The translations under genes and the position numbers were made by a program. The notes beneath the pieces are model-generated. The model did not search any database and was not told the origin of the DNA. It was given only the letters and a program-made list of their open reading frames with translations. 64,000 nt of DNA from Promethearchaeota archaeon (GTDB taxonomy: Archaea; Asgardarchaeota; Lokiarchaeia; Sigyniarchaeales; SOKP01), in the NCBI GenBank assembly GCA_048938445.1, contig JBHLME010000002.1, positions 16,092 to 80,091 of the forward strand. The letters are read 5' to 3'. Positions 18,010-27,696 of this stretch are shown piece by piece (position 1 is the stretch's first letter; each line of letters starts with the position of its first letter).

Positions 18010-19386
18010 ATGACCCAAAACGTAAATCGTGAAAAATTTTTAAAAGATCTTGATAATTCCGTAGATCAATTTATAGACGGTTCATTTAATAAAGTAATTA
18101 CTATTTCTCATAATGATGCTGATGGAATTAGTTGTCTACATCTAATGCAGAACTTGCTATATAAAATGAATATTGATTATGATTATTTTATTTATAATAG
18201 GTCGGTTTCCTGGGCCAATTATCTCAACGGGATCTTATCAAAAAGGCAATCGAATAAGACTGCTTATATATTTACAGATGTAGGATCAAACCTTACTGAA
18301 TTGATTCCAATTATAAATAAAAGAGAAGATCACTTTTTCATTCTTGATCATCATGAATTAGACATTGATATTAATGAGTGTCAAATCCCTGAAAATCTGC
18401 ATTTTGTCAATCCAACTATTTATGGTTTTGATGGTCTTGAACACATAGCAGGTGCCACCATAGCATACATGTTTGCTAAAAAGATATACCCCTCGATGAT
18501 CAAGCAAGGTTGGTTGGCAATAATTGGAATTGCAGGGGACTCACTTACATCAATGAATAATTTAAAATCTTTCAATAAAGAAATATATCAAGAAATCTTG
18601 GATGAAGAGATTTTCGAAAATAGAGAAGGGATAATTTTGTACGGAGCAATGTTTGATTCTATAAAGAATGGTTTGAAATTTAGTATTCTTCCCTATGTTA
18701 AACAACTTGGTGGTGAAGATGATCAAGCCATAAAATTGTTTTTATCAAACCTAAAAATAAATCCACGTAAAAAAGTATATGATCTAGATGATTCTGAAAT
18801 CTTAAAAATACAAGAAGAAACGGAAACTAATAAGGGAGAATATGCATATTTGCATCAAAAACAAGGAATGCTTCAATTTGCATTTGAACATGCCCTCTTA
18901 TTAAATATTCTATGCTTTAAAAATATAAGTGCTGCATTATCAATCATTCAATTGACAAAAGCGACTCGTTATGCTAAGGATTTATATTATGAGTATATTG
19001 GAAACCTTGCAAAAAATATGAAAACACTTTCAACAGAATTACCACGCTATGAAACAAAAAAAGCAATCTTTGTTGATGTAATGGGAAAAATACCTCCAAG
19101 TAGTTGGTCGGATACAGCTAGTTTTAGTTCTGTAAATGAACTTTTAGATCCATATAAAATTTTAATTTTGGGTGGAGAAGAAAAAAAGTCAAGAACTATT
19201 AAGCTGAGTATTCGTTGTTCAAAAAAATATATTGAAAAAAATAATGGTTTTGGCGTTAATTCTATCATAAGTAGAATTAAATCTGAATATGGAGGAATGG
19301 GAGGGGGACATAAACTGGCAGGAGGAATAAGATTATCTAAACCTTCTTATAATCTTCTCAAATCTAATATTGATAATTTATTTTAA
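18010..19386 (+). CDS. DHH-family phosphoesterase, RecJ/Cdc45-like
   Basis: HNDADG, FTDVG, ILDHH, VNP, GIAGD, DHHA1 GGGHKLAGG. Confidence 0.85.
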   Translation: MTQNVNREKFLKDLDNSVDQFIDGSFNKVITISHNDADGISCLHLMQNLLYKMNIDYDYFIYNRSVSWANYLNGILSKRQSNKTAYIFTDVGSNLTELIPIINKREDHFFILDHHELDIDINECQIPENLHFVNPTIYGFDGLEHIAGATIAYMFAKKIYPSMIKQGWLAIIGIAGDSLTSMNNLKSFNKEIYQEILDEEIFENREGIILYGAMFDSIKNGLKFSILPYVKQLGGEDDQAIKLFLSNLKINPRKKVYDLDDSEILKIQEETETNKGEYAYLHQKQGMLQFAFEHALLLNILCFKNISAALSIIQLTKATRYAKDLYYEYIGNLAKNMKTLSTELPRYETKKAIFVDVMGKIPPSSWSDTASFSSVNELLDPYKILILGGEEKKSRTIKLSIRCSKKYIEKNNGFGVNSIISRIKSEYGGMGGGHKLAGGIRLSKPSYNLLKSNIDNLF

Positions 19387-19581
19387 AATTAATGTGAATT
19401 TGAAAAATGAAATGACATTTCAACAAAAAATGAAATGATAAAAAAAATGGTTTGATATTTTTTTTATATGACAAGTCTATCATTAAAAATACTTTTTTTA
19501 AACTTGTTTTATTACTATATAAAATTAAACATTTAAAATAATTCGTTAATTTTTATTTAAAATTGAAAAAGAAATGAAAAG

Positions 19582-20367
19582 ATGCCAATAATAAATGTAA
19601 ACGATATTAATATTTATCATGAAGTGCATGGAGAGGGATTTCCCCTAGTCATGATAATGGGACAATCTGGAAATGTTGATTGGTGGGATCCTAGCTTAAT
19701 AGATATACTATCAAAGAATTTTAAGACAATAATATTTGATAATAGAGGTGTAGGACAAACTAATGATATGGATGAGGATTATACATTTAAAACATTGGCA
19801 GATGACACGATAGGTTTAATGGATGCTTTGAATATTAAACAAGCACATGTATTTGGTCTATCGATGGGTGGACAGATTGCTCAAGAGATTGCTATTAGTT
19901 ATCCAAATAGAGTTAAAAAACTTATTCTCTGCTCGACAATGTGTGGTGGTTATCAAGCAGTTATTCCTTCTAGGGAAGTAATTGAAAAAGTGTTAAAAGG
20001 AGTATCTGATCCGGAGGAAATAGCTTCGCTTGTATTTACCAAGAAATTTATAGAAAATAACCCCATTGAGTTAGAAAAGATTATACAAATAGTAAAGAAA
20101 ACCCCCATTTCTAGAGAATCTGCACTCCGTCAGGATAAAGCGGGAAAAAGGTTTAAATCCTTTAAAAGGCTTAAAATGATTAAAAATACAACATTAATAA
20201 TGCATGGCAAGAAAGATATTTTAGTTGTACCCGAAAATGGAGAACTCTTAGAAAATTCAATACCTAATGCAAAACTTGTTTATTTTAAACATAGTGCCCA
20301 TTCGATATATGCAGAAGAACCTGAATTATTTATAAAAATCCTTCTAGAATTCCTTAAGGAAATTTAG
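19582..20367 (+). CDS. Alpha/beta hydrolase
   Basis: FDNRGVG, GLSMGG nucleophile elbow, HGKKD, SAH. Confidence 0.9.
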   Translation: MPIINVNDINIYHEVHGEGFPLVMIMGQSGNVDWWDPSLIDILSKNFKTIIFDNRGVGQTNDMDEDYTFKTLADDTIGLMDALNIKQAHVFGLSMGGQIAQEIAISYPNRVKKLILCSTMCGGYQAVIPSREVIEKVLKGVSDPEEIASLVFTKKFIENNPIELEKIIQIVKKTPISRESALRQDKAGKRFKSFKRLKMIKNTTLIMHGKKDILVVPENGELLENSIPNAKLVYFKHSAHSIYAEEPELFIKILLEFLKEI

Positions 20368-20432
20368 TCGATAAAATGCATTTAGAAGGATAAATAGAAT
20401 TTCTTTTTTAAAATAGATTTTTTTAAGTTTCT

Positions 20433-20546
20433 CTATTCACTTAAAGGATACATTTTCCTCCGATTGCATACTAAACCTCCAAAATAGCCTGCAACACAGA
20501 AAGTCAGAATAATAAATGGCACAATAAGTAAATGTAATAGTATCAT
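20433..20546 (-). CDS. Putative 37-aa single-pass membrane microprotein (not in ORF track)
   Basis: ATG at 20546: MILLHLLIVPFIILTFCVAGYFGGLVCNRRKMYPLSE*; co-oriented 35 bp downstream of the DUF167 gene. Confidence 0.45.
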   Translation of the reverse strand: MILLHLLIVPFIILTFCVAGYFGGLVCNRRKMYPLSE

Positions 20547-20581
20547 TTCATTAATTAAAACCACAATTAAAACGAAAATTT

Positions 20582-20896
20582 TTACTTTAGAATGTTTAAA
20601 AACTGATTTTCATTTAATTGTTGGGTAAAATTAAACTCAATTATCTTTTTAGAAGTTTTTAAGCCAGAGATGATCTTTATTTGATGTGATGATATTTTGA
20701 ATTTTTTTCTTAGAAAATTTACTAATTCTTTATTAGCTTTATTTTGAATCGCTCTTGAACGAACATAAATAGTAATACTTTCTGATTCTATCATAATATC
20801 TTGCTTTTTAGAATTTGGTTTAACTTGAACATGCAAAATGAATGAATTATCGTCTTTTTTTTCAATATATTTTGGCATCGTTAAAATTATATCCAA
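20582..20896 (-). CDS. DUF167 (UPF0235/YggU) family protein
   Basis: VQVKPNSK, A-x-NKANKELVNFL, IISGLKTSKK. Confidence 0.85.
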   Translation of the reverse strand: MDIILTMPKYIEKKDDNSFILHVQVKPNSKKQDIMIESESITIYVRSRAIQNKANKELVNFLRKKFKISSHQIKIISGLKTSKKIIEFNFTQQLNENQFLNILK

Positions 20897-20908
20897 ATAA
20901 TGTTAATG

Positions 20909-21280
20909 TTAACTACCTATTTTTTTCATCGTTCCACATCGGAGACATATGATGAAATGAGTCATTCCTTCATCAGCTCTTCGTGTTTGTCTTGTTTCTA
21001 ATTGTGCTTTATCATAACCACATTTACGGCATTTAAAATCTTTTATCGTGCTTCTCAGATTTTCTTCTTTCCATTCCATTATCTCAGATGAAGATGTTAT
21101 TTCTTCCATTAATGAATGTTCGATTTTCGTCTTTAATTTATATACATCTTCTTCTTTTTGAAACTCTTTAGTAAAACCACATTTACATTTAAGAACTTTT
21201 GTCTCACATATTCCCTTACCGGACGTAGAAGGAAGCATCATCCCGCCGCATTCGTCGCAAAATTCTACCATTATTTGCAC
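20909..21280 (-). CDS. tfs: Transcription factor S (TFS/RpoM family)
   Basis: FCDECGGMMLP zinc ribbon; C-terminal CRKCG...QTRRADEGMTHFIICLRCG. Confidence 0.9.
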   Translation of the reverse strand: MQIMVEFCDECGGMMLPSTSGKGICETKVLKCKCGFTKEFQKEEDVYKLKTKIEHSLMEEITSSSEIMEWKEENLRSTIKDFKCRKCGYDKAQLETRQTRRADEGMTHFIICLRCGTMKKIGS

Positions 21281-21351
21281 GTTTAAAATAATTTATAAAA
21301 ATAAATTTAGTAAATATAGAAAAAACTCATACAAAAATTTTTGTTTATTAA

Positions 21352-22320
21352 TTAATACCTTAATCCACATAATAATGCACAAAATATTACTCCTGCAACT
21401 AGATCAGCTGTAGTGCCTGGATTTAATTTCCCTTGTCGTTTATGTAATGTTAAATCTAATTTCTTTGTAAGTTCTAATCCCTCTTTAGATATGATCCCGC
21501 CAACATTAATAATTTCACATGCTTTTTCTGAAACCATTATTGCATGATCTAATCCAGATTTTTTAATTATGAGTGTGTCGTGATGCTTTGCCAAGATTTT
21601 TAGGAATGTATTTACCGTAGCAATGTTTATATCACTTGTCTGCTTGAATGTATTAAAATAGTATGGTAATCCTTCATTTAAAATAATATTAAATCCTGTA
21701 GAGTATTCATGACTAATTAAATCAAGGTCTTTTGAAAATTCAAAGATTTTTTTTAAATTCATCCTATCAATTTTGAGATTTTTGATAGAATTCTCATCAT
21801 TAATGTCATACTTATCAACCTTTCCTAATCCTCCTGGATCACATTTTCTAATTGCTTCATATAGATTTATACTATCTTCAATTGTGGTGTTATCAATTAT
21901 GTTTTTTATTGAAATTATAAAAAATTCAAAAGACTTCTTGTTTTTTTTGAGGCAAATCGTTGCTGCTGCTACAAGAGGCGCCAATATTAAAATATGACCA
22001 AGTATCACGTTTCCTCCTTTTTGCCATTTCATGAATTGTTCTGCTGCATCCTTGAAAAAAACTCCTAATTGAATATTTTTATATATTTCATTGTTTAGAT
22101 TATGATCATAAAAAATTCTTTCACACATTTCCTTAAAATTAGGTTGAATTGCTGTTATTCCTGCTAAAAAATGTTCGAATCGCGTATCAACAAAATCTTG
22201 ATTGCGATGTACATTACCAGGTTTTGGATACCCTGATAATTCTAATAAACTTGCTAAATTTGCACACCGTAAAATGTCCTCAATAGAATCGATTAAGAGA
22301 ACCTTATCTTTCAATGTCAC
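21352..22320 (-). CDS. citG: Triphosphoribosyl-dephospho-CoA synthase family (CitG-like)
   Basis: LLELSGYPKPGNVH, NVILG, DTLIIKK, LNPGTTADL. Confidence 0.85.
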   Translation of the reverse strand: MTLKDKVLLIDSIEDILRCANLASLLELSGYPKPGNVHRNQDFVDTRFEHFLAGITAIQPNFKEMCERIFYDHNLNNEIYKNIQLGVFFKDAAEQFMKWQKGGNVILGHILILAPLVAAATICLKKNKKSFEFFIISIKNIIDNTTIEDSINLYEAIRKCDPGGLGKVDKYDINDENSIKNLKIDRMNLKKIFEFSKDLDLISHEYSTGFNIILNEGLPYYFNTFKQTSDINIATVNTFLKILAKHHDTLIIKKSGLDHAIMVSEKACEIINVGGIISKEGLELTKKLDLTLHKRQGKLNPGTTADLVAGVIFCALLCGLRY

Positions 22321-22371
22321 AATTAAATTAAAGGAGATAATATATATAAAAGATTTATTTAAATAAAGAGA

Positions 22372-22695
22372 TTAATAATATGATAATTCAAGCATTTTCT
22401 TCTCTTTGACAATATATCCTTGCTTGTCAGGATTTATGAGCGATATTGCTCTATAGTCACTATCTATACCTTTTTTGTATAAATATTTCTTAATCCTAAG
22501 TTTTATTGCTCTTTTTGATAATTTTTTTGGCATTTGAATTTCGATATTTGTACCATTTAATGTAATTTGAAGTTTTGGTAAAGCTTCTGCTATGAACCTT
22601 GTTAATCCCTCAATTAATTCATTTCCACTAAATCCTTTTTTATAATTTAATTCATTAGCCTCTATAATTATTGTCCTGTTACTTTCATTACTCAT
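22372..22695 (-). CDS. rpl22e: Eukaryote-type ribosomal protein eL22-like
   Basis: LSKRAIKLRIKKYLYKKGIDSDYRAIS resembles eL22 SKRYLKYLTKKYLKK...LRVV; likely start MSNES at 22695 (ORF track 22725). Confidence 0.7.
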   Translation of the reverse strand: MSNESNRTIIIEANELNYKKGFSGNELIEGLTRFIAEALPKLQITLNGTNIEIQMPKKLSKRAIKLRIKKYLYKKGIDSDYRAISLINPDKQGYIVKEKKMLELSYY

Positions 22696-22852
22696 TGTTT
22701 TATCACAAGAAAAAAAATTGTACATGTTATAAATTTTTTATGATTTTATCACGAACTCGCCAACGATTTACAGTCACTCTTATTTTAACATTTTAAGATA
22801 TATTTTTTTTAAATGTATCCTATTATAATTAAAAAATAAATGGTGAATAAAA

Positions 22853-24127
22853 TTGGTTGATTATGTTAATCTGAATTATGAACCAAATGAAAATGATCTC
22901 ATTGCAATGTATTATGTTGAAAAAGCTCCAGAGTGCAAGGATTTAGAGCATGCCTCTGAGGAAATCGCAAAAGAGAGTTCAATTGGTACTTGGACGGATA
23001 TTTCTACGCTTTCAGCAGATATCGCAAAGAAACTTAAACCATCTGTTTTTCATATAAATCCTAAAAATCAAATCATTCAAATTGCCTATACAAAAGATTT
23101 ATTTGAAGCTGATAACATGTCTCAAATATTAAGCGCTATAGCTGGAAATATTTATGGAATGAAAATCATTAATAAATTACGATTGTTAGATATATCTTTT
23201 CCACGAGATATTGTTAATGCTTATAAAGGACCTATATTTGGAATTGATGGTATTAGAAAATTGATAAAAATTAATGATAGACCTCTTCTTGGTACAATCG
23301 TAAAACCAAAAGTTGGACTTAATGAAAATGAGCATGCCAAAGTATGTGGAGATGCTTGGAGTGGTGGTTTAGATATAGTTAAAGATGATGAAAATTTAAC
23401 AAGTATGGCTTTTAATCAATTTGAAAAAAGAATTGAAGAAACACTAAAAGAAAGAAACAAAATTGAAAATGAAACTGGTGATAAAAAGATATATATGCCT
23501 AATATCACTGCTAAATTAAGCGTTATGAAACAAAGAGCAGACTTTGTTGTCAAGCACGGAGGAGAATATGTGATGGTGGATATAGTGACAGTAGGATTTT
23601 CTGCTTTACAAGAAATTCGTGATTATTTAGAAGATAAAAATGTTGTCATTCACGCCCACAGGGCAATGCATGCGGCATTCACCCGAGATAAAACACATGG
23701 GATGACAATGTTAGCTCTAGCAAAGATTATGAGGCTAATTGGAATGGATCAACTGCACACGGGAACTATAATAGGAAAAATGGAAGGTCCAAAGAAAGAA
23801 GTCGTTGAAATGAATGAAGTAATAACTAAAGAAAGAGTCAATGGTAATAATATTTCTACTCTTGATCAAGATTGGGGTGATATTAAACCAATATTACCCG
23901 TGGCTTCAGGTGGATTAAGCCCATTACATGTTCCAGATTTAATTAAAATTCTTGGAAAAGATATTGTCCTTCAATTTGGTGGGGGATGTCATGGTCATCC
24001 TGGTGGAACAATAAAAGGAGCAAAAGCAATAAGACAAGCTGTAGATGCTGTATTGAATGAAACACCTCTCATTGAACATGCTAAATATAACTTAGAACTT
24101 AAACAAGCTATTGAAAAATGGGCTTAA
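22853..24127 (+). CDS. rbcL: Form III ribulose-1,5-bisphosphate carboxylase
   Basis: ESSIGTWT, GTIVKPKVGL, GLDIVKDDENL, HAHRAMH, DQLHTGT, GKMEG, VASGG, QFGGGCHGHP. Confidence 0.97.
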   Translation: MVDYVNLNYEPNENDLIAMYYVEKAPECKDLEHASEEIAKESSIGTWTDISTLSADIAKKLKPSVFHINPKNQIIQIAYTKDLFEADNMSQILSAIAGNIYGMKIINKLRLLDISFPRDIVNAYKGPIFGIDGIRKLIKINDRPLLGTIVKPKVGLNENEHAKVCGDAWSGGLDIVKDDENLTSMAFNQFEKRIEETLKERNKIENETGDKKIYMPNITAKLSVMKQRADFVVKHGGEYVMVDIVTVGFSALQEIRDYLEDKNVVIHAHRAMHAAFTRDKTHGMTMLALAKIMRLIGMDQLHTGTIIGKMEGPKKEVVEMNEVITKERVNGNNISTLDQDWGDIKPILPVASGGLSPLHVPDLIKILGKDIVLQFGGGCHGHPGGTIKGAKAIRQAVDAVLNETPLIEHAKYNLELKQAIEKWA

Positions 24128-24132
24128 ATTAA

Positions 24133-25083
24133 TTAATCCTTTTCTTTTAATTCAGGGTATAACTTTTCAAAATAATTTTGCACGTGACTTGAAGCAAATA
24201 TTCCCGCTTCTGTAATAAGGCCATCTATGTATCGTCTACTTACGGTTTCAAAAGCAGGATTTAAAATTTTCAATTGTTTATGCTTATTATCCCATATCTC
24301 TTCAGCTTCTCTCATTTCTATTCTTTCTAAGATTCCAAAAGATGTTTTTGGATTATATTTTAATAGAGGTGAAGCAACATAAAATGGAACGTGTTCCTCG
24401 TGTGCAACAAGCGCTAATAATCTAGAACCGATTTTATTGAGTACCGTACCTTCTGAAGTAATACTATCAGCACCAATTAGAATTAGATTCACATCCATCG
24501 CATTTACGGCCCATCGCATGGCACTATCGACAACATGAATTACTTCAATACCAGCATCTAATAGTTCATTTGCAGTTTTTCTACCTTGAAATCTTGGTCG
24601 AGTCTCAGTTTGGATTACTTTAAAATTGTTTTTTCCTTGCTTTTTTGCTTCTAAAAGAATAGCTGTAACTAGAGATGAATGACAATGTGTCATGACGACA
24701 AATTCTTTATTTCCCTTTAAATCAGGAATCCTCCTTGCTCCAATTTCTGCAATTTTTTTTCTTGAATTGATTAACATCTCTTGATAAATTGTTTTAAAAT
24801 TCTCAATATTAGTTGGAACATCTTCCACGCAAATGGTATCTAAACATTCTCTTAAGTTATTCATTATAAAAGTCAACCCATTTCTCATAGCAGGTTCAGT
24901 ATCGCGAGTTTTTACCAAAATGTTCTTAGCCTCAATTAGTTTATCATGACAATCATCAACATTTTTACATTTAAGTCGTTTAGCATAATCGCTCAAAAAA
25001 GTTATAGCACTAAGTGCAACATTCATTGCTCCTTGGATTTCAAGTGATATTATTCTCAAAGCATCTTTTTTTAATTGATCCAT
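24133..25083 (-). CDS. Ribose-1,5-bisphosphate isomerase (eIF-2B alpha/beta/delta family)
   Basis: LEIQGA, TRDTEPAMRN, MTHCHSS, TETRPRFQG, GADSIT, NKIGS, NPAFE; adjacent to RuBisCO. Confidence 0.88.
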   Translation of the reverse strand: MDQLKKDALRIISLEIQGAMNVALSAITFLSDYAKRLKCKNVDDCHDKLIEAKNILVKTRDTEPAMRNGLTFIMNNLRECLDTICVEDVPTNIENFKTIYQEMLINSRKKIAEIGARRIPDLKGNKEFVVMTHCHSSLVTAILLEAKKQGKNNFKVIQTETRPRFQGRKTANELLDAGIEVIHVVDSAMRWAVNAMDVNLILIGADSITSEGTVLNKIGSRLLALVAHEEHVPFYVASPLLKYNPKTSFGILERIEMREAEEIWDNKHKQLKILNPAFETVSRRYIDGLITEAGIFASSHVQNYFEKLYPELKEKD

Positions 25084-25154
25084 TATTTAACATACCTTCT
25101 TTTTTTAAAGATATATGAAAATTACTTTATATAAAATTTAATATTATTTGCAAA

Positions 25155-25349
25155 TTATTTTACTTCAAAGTTATCATTGGAACTATTATCATCAATCTTA
25201 TAATCCTTAGAATCAACAATTATATAAAATTGTCCTATATAATTACATTCCTTGCATTCGAACATGTCAGGAGCAAGCCAACCACTAACATTTACTGCTG
25301 GATGTAATGTGGGTTTCTTACATTTTGGACATAGTCTGATTTTGGTCAT
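25155..25349 (-). CDS. Small zinc-ribbon protein
   Basis: CPKC...SGWLAP...CKECNYIG. Confidence 0.7.
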   Translation of the reverse strand: MTKIRLCPKCKKPTLHPAVNVSGWLAPDMFECKECNYIGQFYIIVDSKDYKIDDNSSNDNFEVK

Positions 25350-25534
25350 GGGATTATATCCTACACATTTTTAATCTGAGTTAATTATATGTGATATTTT
25401 ATATTTCACGAGTAAGAATAGAACAAACTTCTCTTTTCAATAAACTTTACCACTATAACAATTAATTATTAATCTCTATAAATATAAAAAATATATAGAA
25501 AGATTCACAAATAAGATACTCCTCTAAAATATCT

Positions 25535-27388
25535 TTGAATATAATGATAGACTTAGATTTGCAAAGAAAAAGCTTACCTGAAGAGCCAGGAGTTTATTTC
25601 TTTAAAGATAAAAATAAGAAAGTAATTTATGTGGGTAAAGCAATAAATTTGAAGAAAAGAGTATCATCTTATTTTGTAAAATCGAGCTATAATGACCCTT
25701 ATTATGAAGAGAAAATTAAATTTTTGGTAGAACAGATTGATTCAATTGAGTATTTTGTTACACAAACCGAAAAAGAAGCAAGCATATTAGAAAATATCCA
25801 AATTAAAAAGAATATGCCTCGATTTAACGTTCGAATGCGAGATTCAAAAACCTATCCATGGATCTGTATTTTTTATTCTGAAGAATATCCCCGAATTCAA
25901 ATTATTCGAGGTCCTGAAAAATACTCCCAAAAAAACATGTTTTTAGGCCCTTATACTGATAAAAAGGAAATTTCAAGGATCTTACGTGATTTACGAAAAA
26001 TTTTTCCTTATTGTTCCTGTAAGAAAAAAGTAAAAAAAAAGAGAAGAGCCTGCCTTTATTACCAGTTAAAATTATGCCCTGGTCCTTGTATAGATGCTAT
26101 CGGTAAAGAAGAATATTTAGAAAACATCTCTCAAATAGTATTATTTTTAAAGGGTGATACTGAAGGACTTAAAAAAGAAATTAAAGAAAAAATGGAAAGG
26201 GCAGCTCAACAACAGAATTATGAAGCAGCAGCATTTTGGAGGGATAAGTTAGAAGCAATTGATCGGTCTACTTCAAATCAAAATGTCTTACTTAATGGAA
26301 ATGATAATAAAGACATTATAGGATTCTTCACTGACAATGAACAAAAATATGTTGCATTAGTAATCATCCATATTCGTGATGGAAAAATCTCAAGTAAGAG
26401 TCCATTCACGTTAGATTTAAGAGAAAAATTAATTCTCAAGGAAGAATTACTATCTTCATTATTGGAACAATATTATCAAGGTAACAAATTGAACTTTCCC
26501 GATATTATTATCATTCCTGAACTATTTAAAGGACTCGATACATTTGAAGAAATTATGAGAGACATCAAACCGACCATTGTAGTGCGAAAACCTTTAGATA
26601 ATGAAGAAGGTCTATTAAAAATAGCCAGTAAAAATGCTAAAGTAATGGTCAATCAGGAAATACAAATGGAAGAAATAAGAAAAAAGGAAGATAATCAAAT
26701 TTTAAAAGCTTTGGAAGCAGCAAAAGAATTGTTAAATTTACCAAAAATCCCCCGTATCATTGAAGGATTTGATATTTCGAATATTGAAGGGGGAGATGCT
26801 ACAGGTTCCATGGTATATTTTCTTGAAGGAAAACCATATACTAAATATTATCGCCACTTTAAAATTAAAACTAAAACTACCCCCGATGATGTGGCCATGA
26901 TGAAAGAAGTCATAAGAAGAAGATATAACATGTTATTAGAAAGAGGTTATGAATTGCCTGATTTGATTTTAATTGATGGTGGAAAGGGTCAATTAAATGG
27001 TAGTGTTTCAGTTTTAAAAGAGTTAGGTCTTGAAATTCCGGTAATTGGCCTAGCAAAAAAATTTGAAGAAATTTTTATTCCGAACAAGAAAGATCCTATA
27101 ATATTGCCTCGAAACTCCCCTTTATTGAGAATATTTCAACGGGTTAGGGATGAGGCTCACAGATTTGCCATTAGATTGCATAAAATTCAAAGAGAAAAAA
27201 GAATAACAGGATCAATTCTAGACGAAATTAAGGGGGTAGGTCCTGCAACCAGAAACAAATTATTAGAGAAATTTGGAGATATTGATGGCATAAAAAATGC
27301 ATCATTAGAACAATTAATTAAAGTTGTCGGGGAAAAATTAGCGCTTATAATTGAGAAAAGCTTAAAAAAAAAACAAATTTCTCGATAA
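25535..27388 (+). CDS. uvrC: Excinuclease ABC subunit C
   Basis: LPEEPGVY, IYVGKAINLKKRV, CPGPC, IEGFDISN, PDLILIDGGKGQL, RDEAHRFA, C-terminal HhH. Confidence 0.97.
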   Translation: MNIMIDLDLQRKSLPEEPGVYFFKDKNKKVIYVGKAINLKKRVSSYFVKSSYNDPYYEEKIKFLVEQIDSIEYFVTQTEKEASILENIQIKKNMPRFNVRMRDSKTYPWICIFYSEEYPRIQIIRGPEKYSQKNMFLGPYTDKKEISRILRDLRKIFPYCSCKKKVKKKRRACLYYQLKLCPGPCIDAIGKEEYLENISQIVLFLKGDTEGLKKEIKEKMERAAQQQNYEAAAFWRDKLEAIDRSTSNQNVLLNGNDNKDIIGFFTDNEQKYVALVIIHIRDGKISSKSPFTLDLREKLILKEELLSSLLEQYYQGNKLNFPDIIIIPELFKGLDTFEEIMRDIKPTIVVRKPLDNEEGLLKIASKNAKVMVNQEIQMEEIRKKEDNQILKALEAAKELLNLPKIPRIIEGFDISNIEGGDATGSMVYFLEGKPYTKYYRHFKIKTKTTPDDVAMMKEVIRRRYNMLLERGYELPDLILIDGGKGQLNGSVSVLKELGLEIPVIGLAKKFEEIFIPNKKDPIILPRNSPLLRIFQRVRDEAHRFAIRLHKIQREKRITGSILDEIKGVGPATRNKLLEKFGDIDGIKNASLEQLIKVVGEKLALIIEKSLKKKQISR

Positions 27389-27397
27389 AATTAAAAA

Positions 27398-27583
27398 TTA
27401 TTCTCCCCAATCTTCATCTACCATTTCAGAAATTTCTGCTTTTGCCACGTCCCCCTCTATTTTTATAATTTCCAGATCTACTCCGCAATCAGAACATGGA
27501 ATGACTTCTCCCTCTATAGTTCCATTTTCTAATTCAAACTCGAAGAAGCAGGAAGGACATTCACACTTGACCATTTTATTCAT
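27398..27583 (-). CDS. lysW: LysW-like amino-group carrier protein
   Basis: Two CxxC pairs and C-terminal EDWGE. Confidence 0.85.
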   Translation of the reverse strand: MNKMVKCECPSCFFEFELENGTIEGEVIPCSDCGVDLEIIKIEGDVAKAEISEMVDEDWGE

Positions 27584-27696
27584 TACCTTCGTTTTATTTA
27601 TTATAAGAATGAATAGAAGAACATTTCATTTAAAATAAAATTTTCGAAATAGATATTTAAGCACTATTTTCAATAATTTATTAAGAAAAAAAAGAA

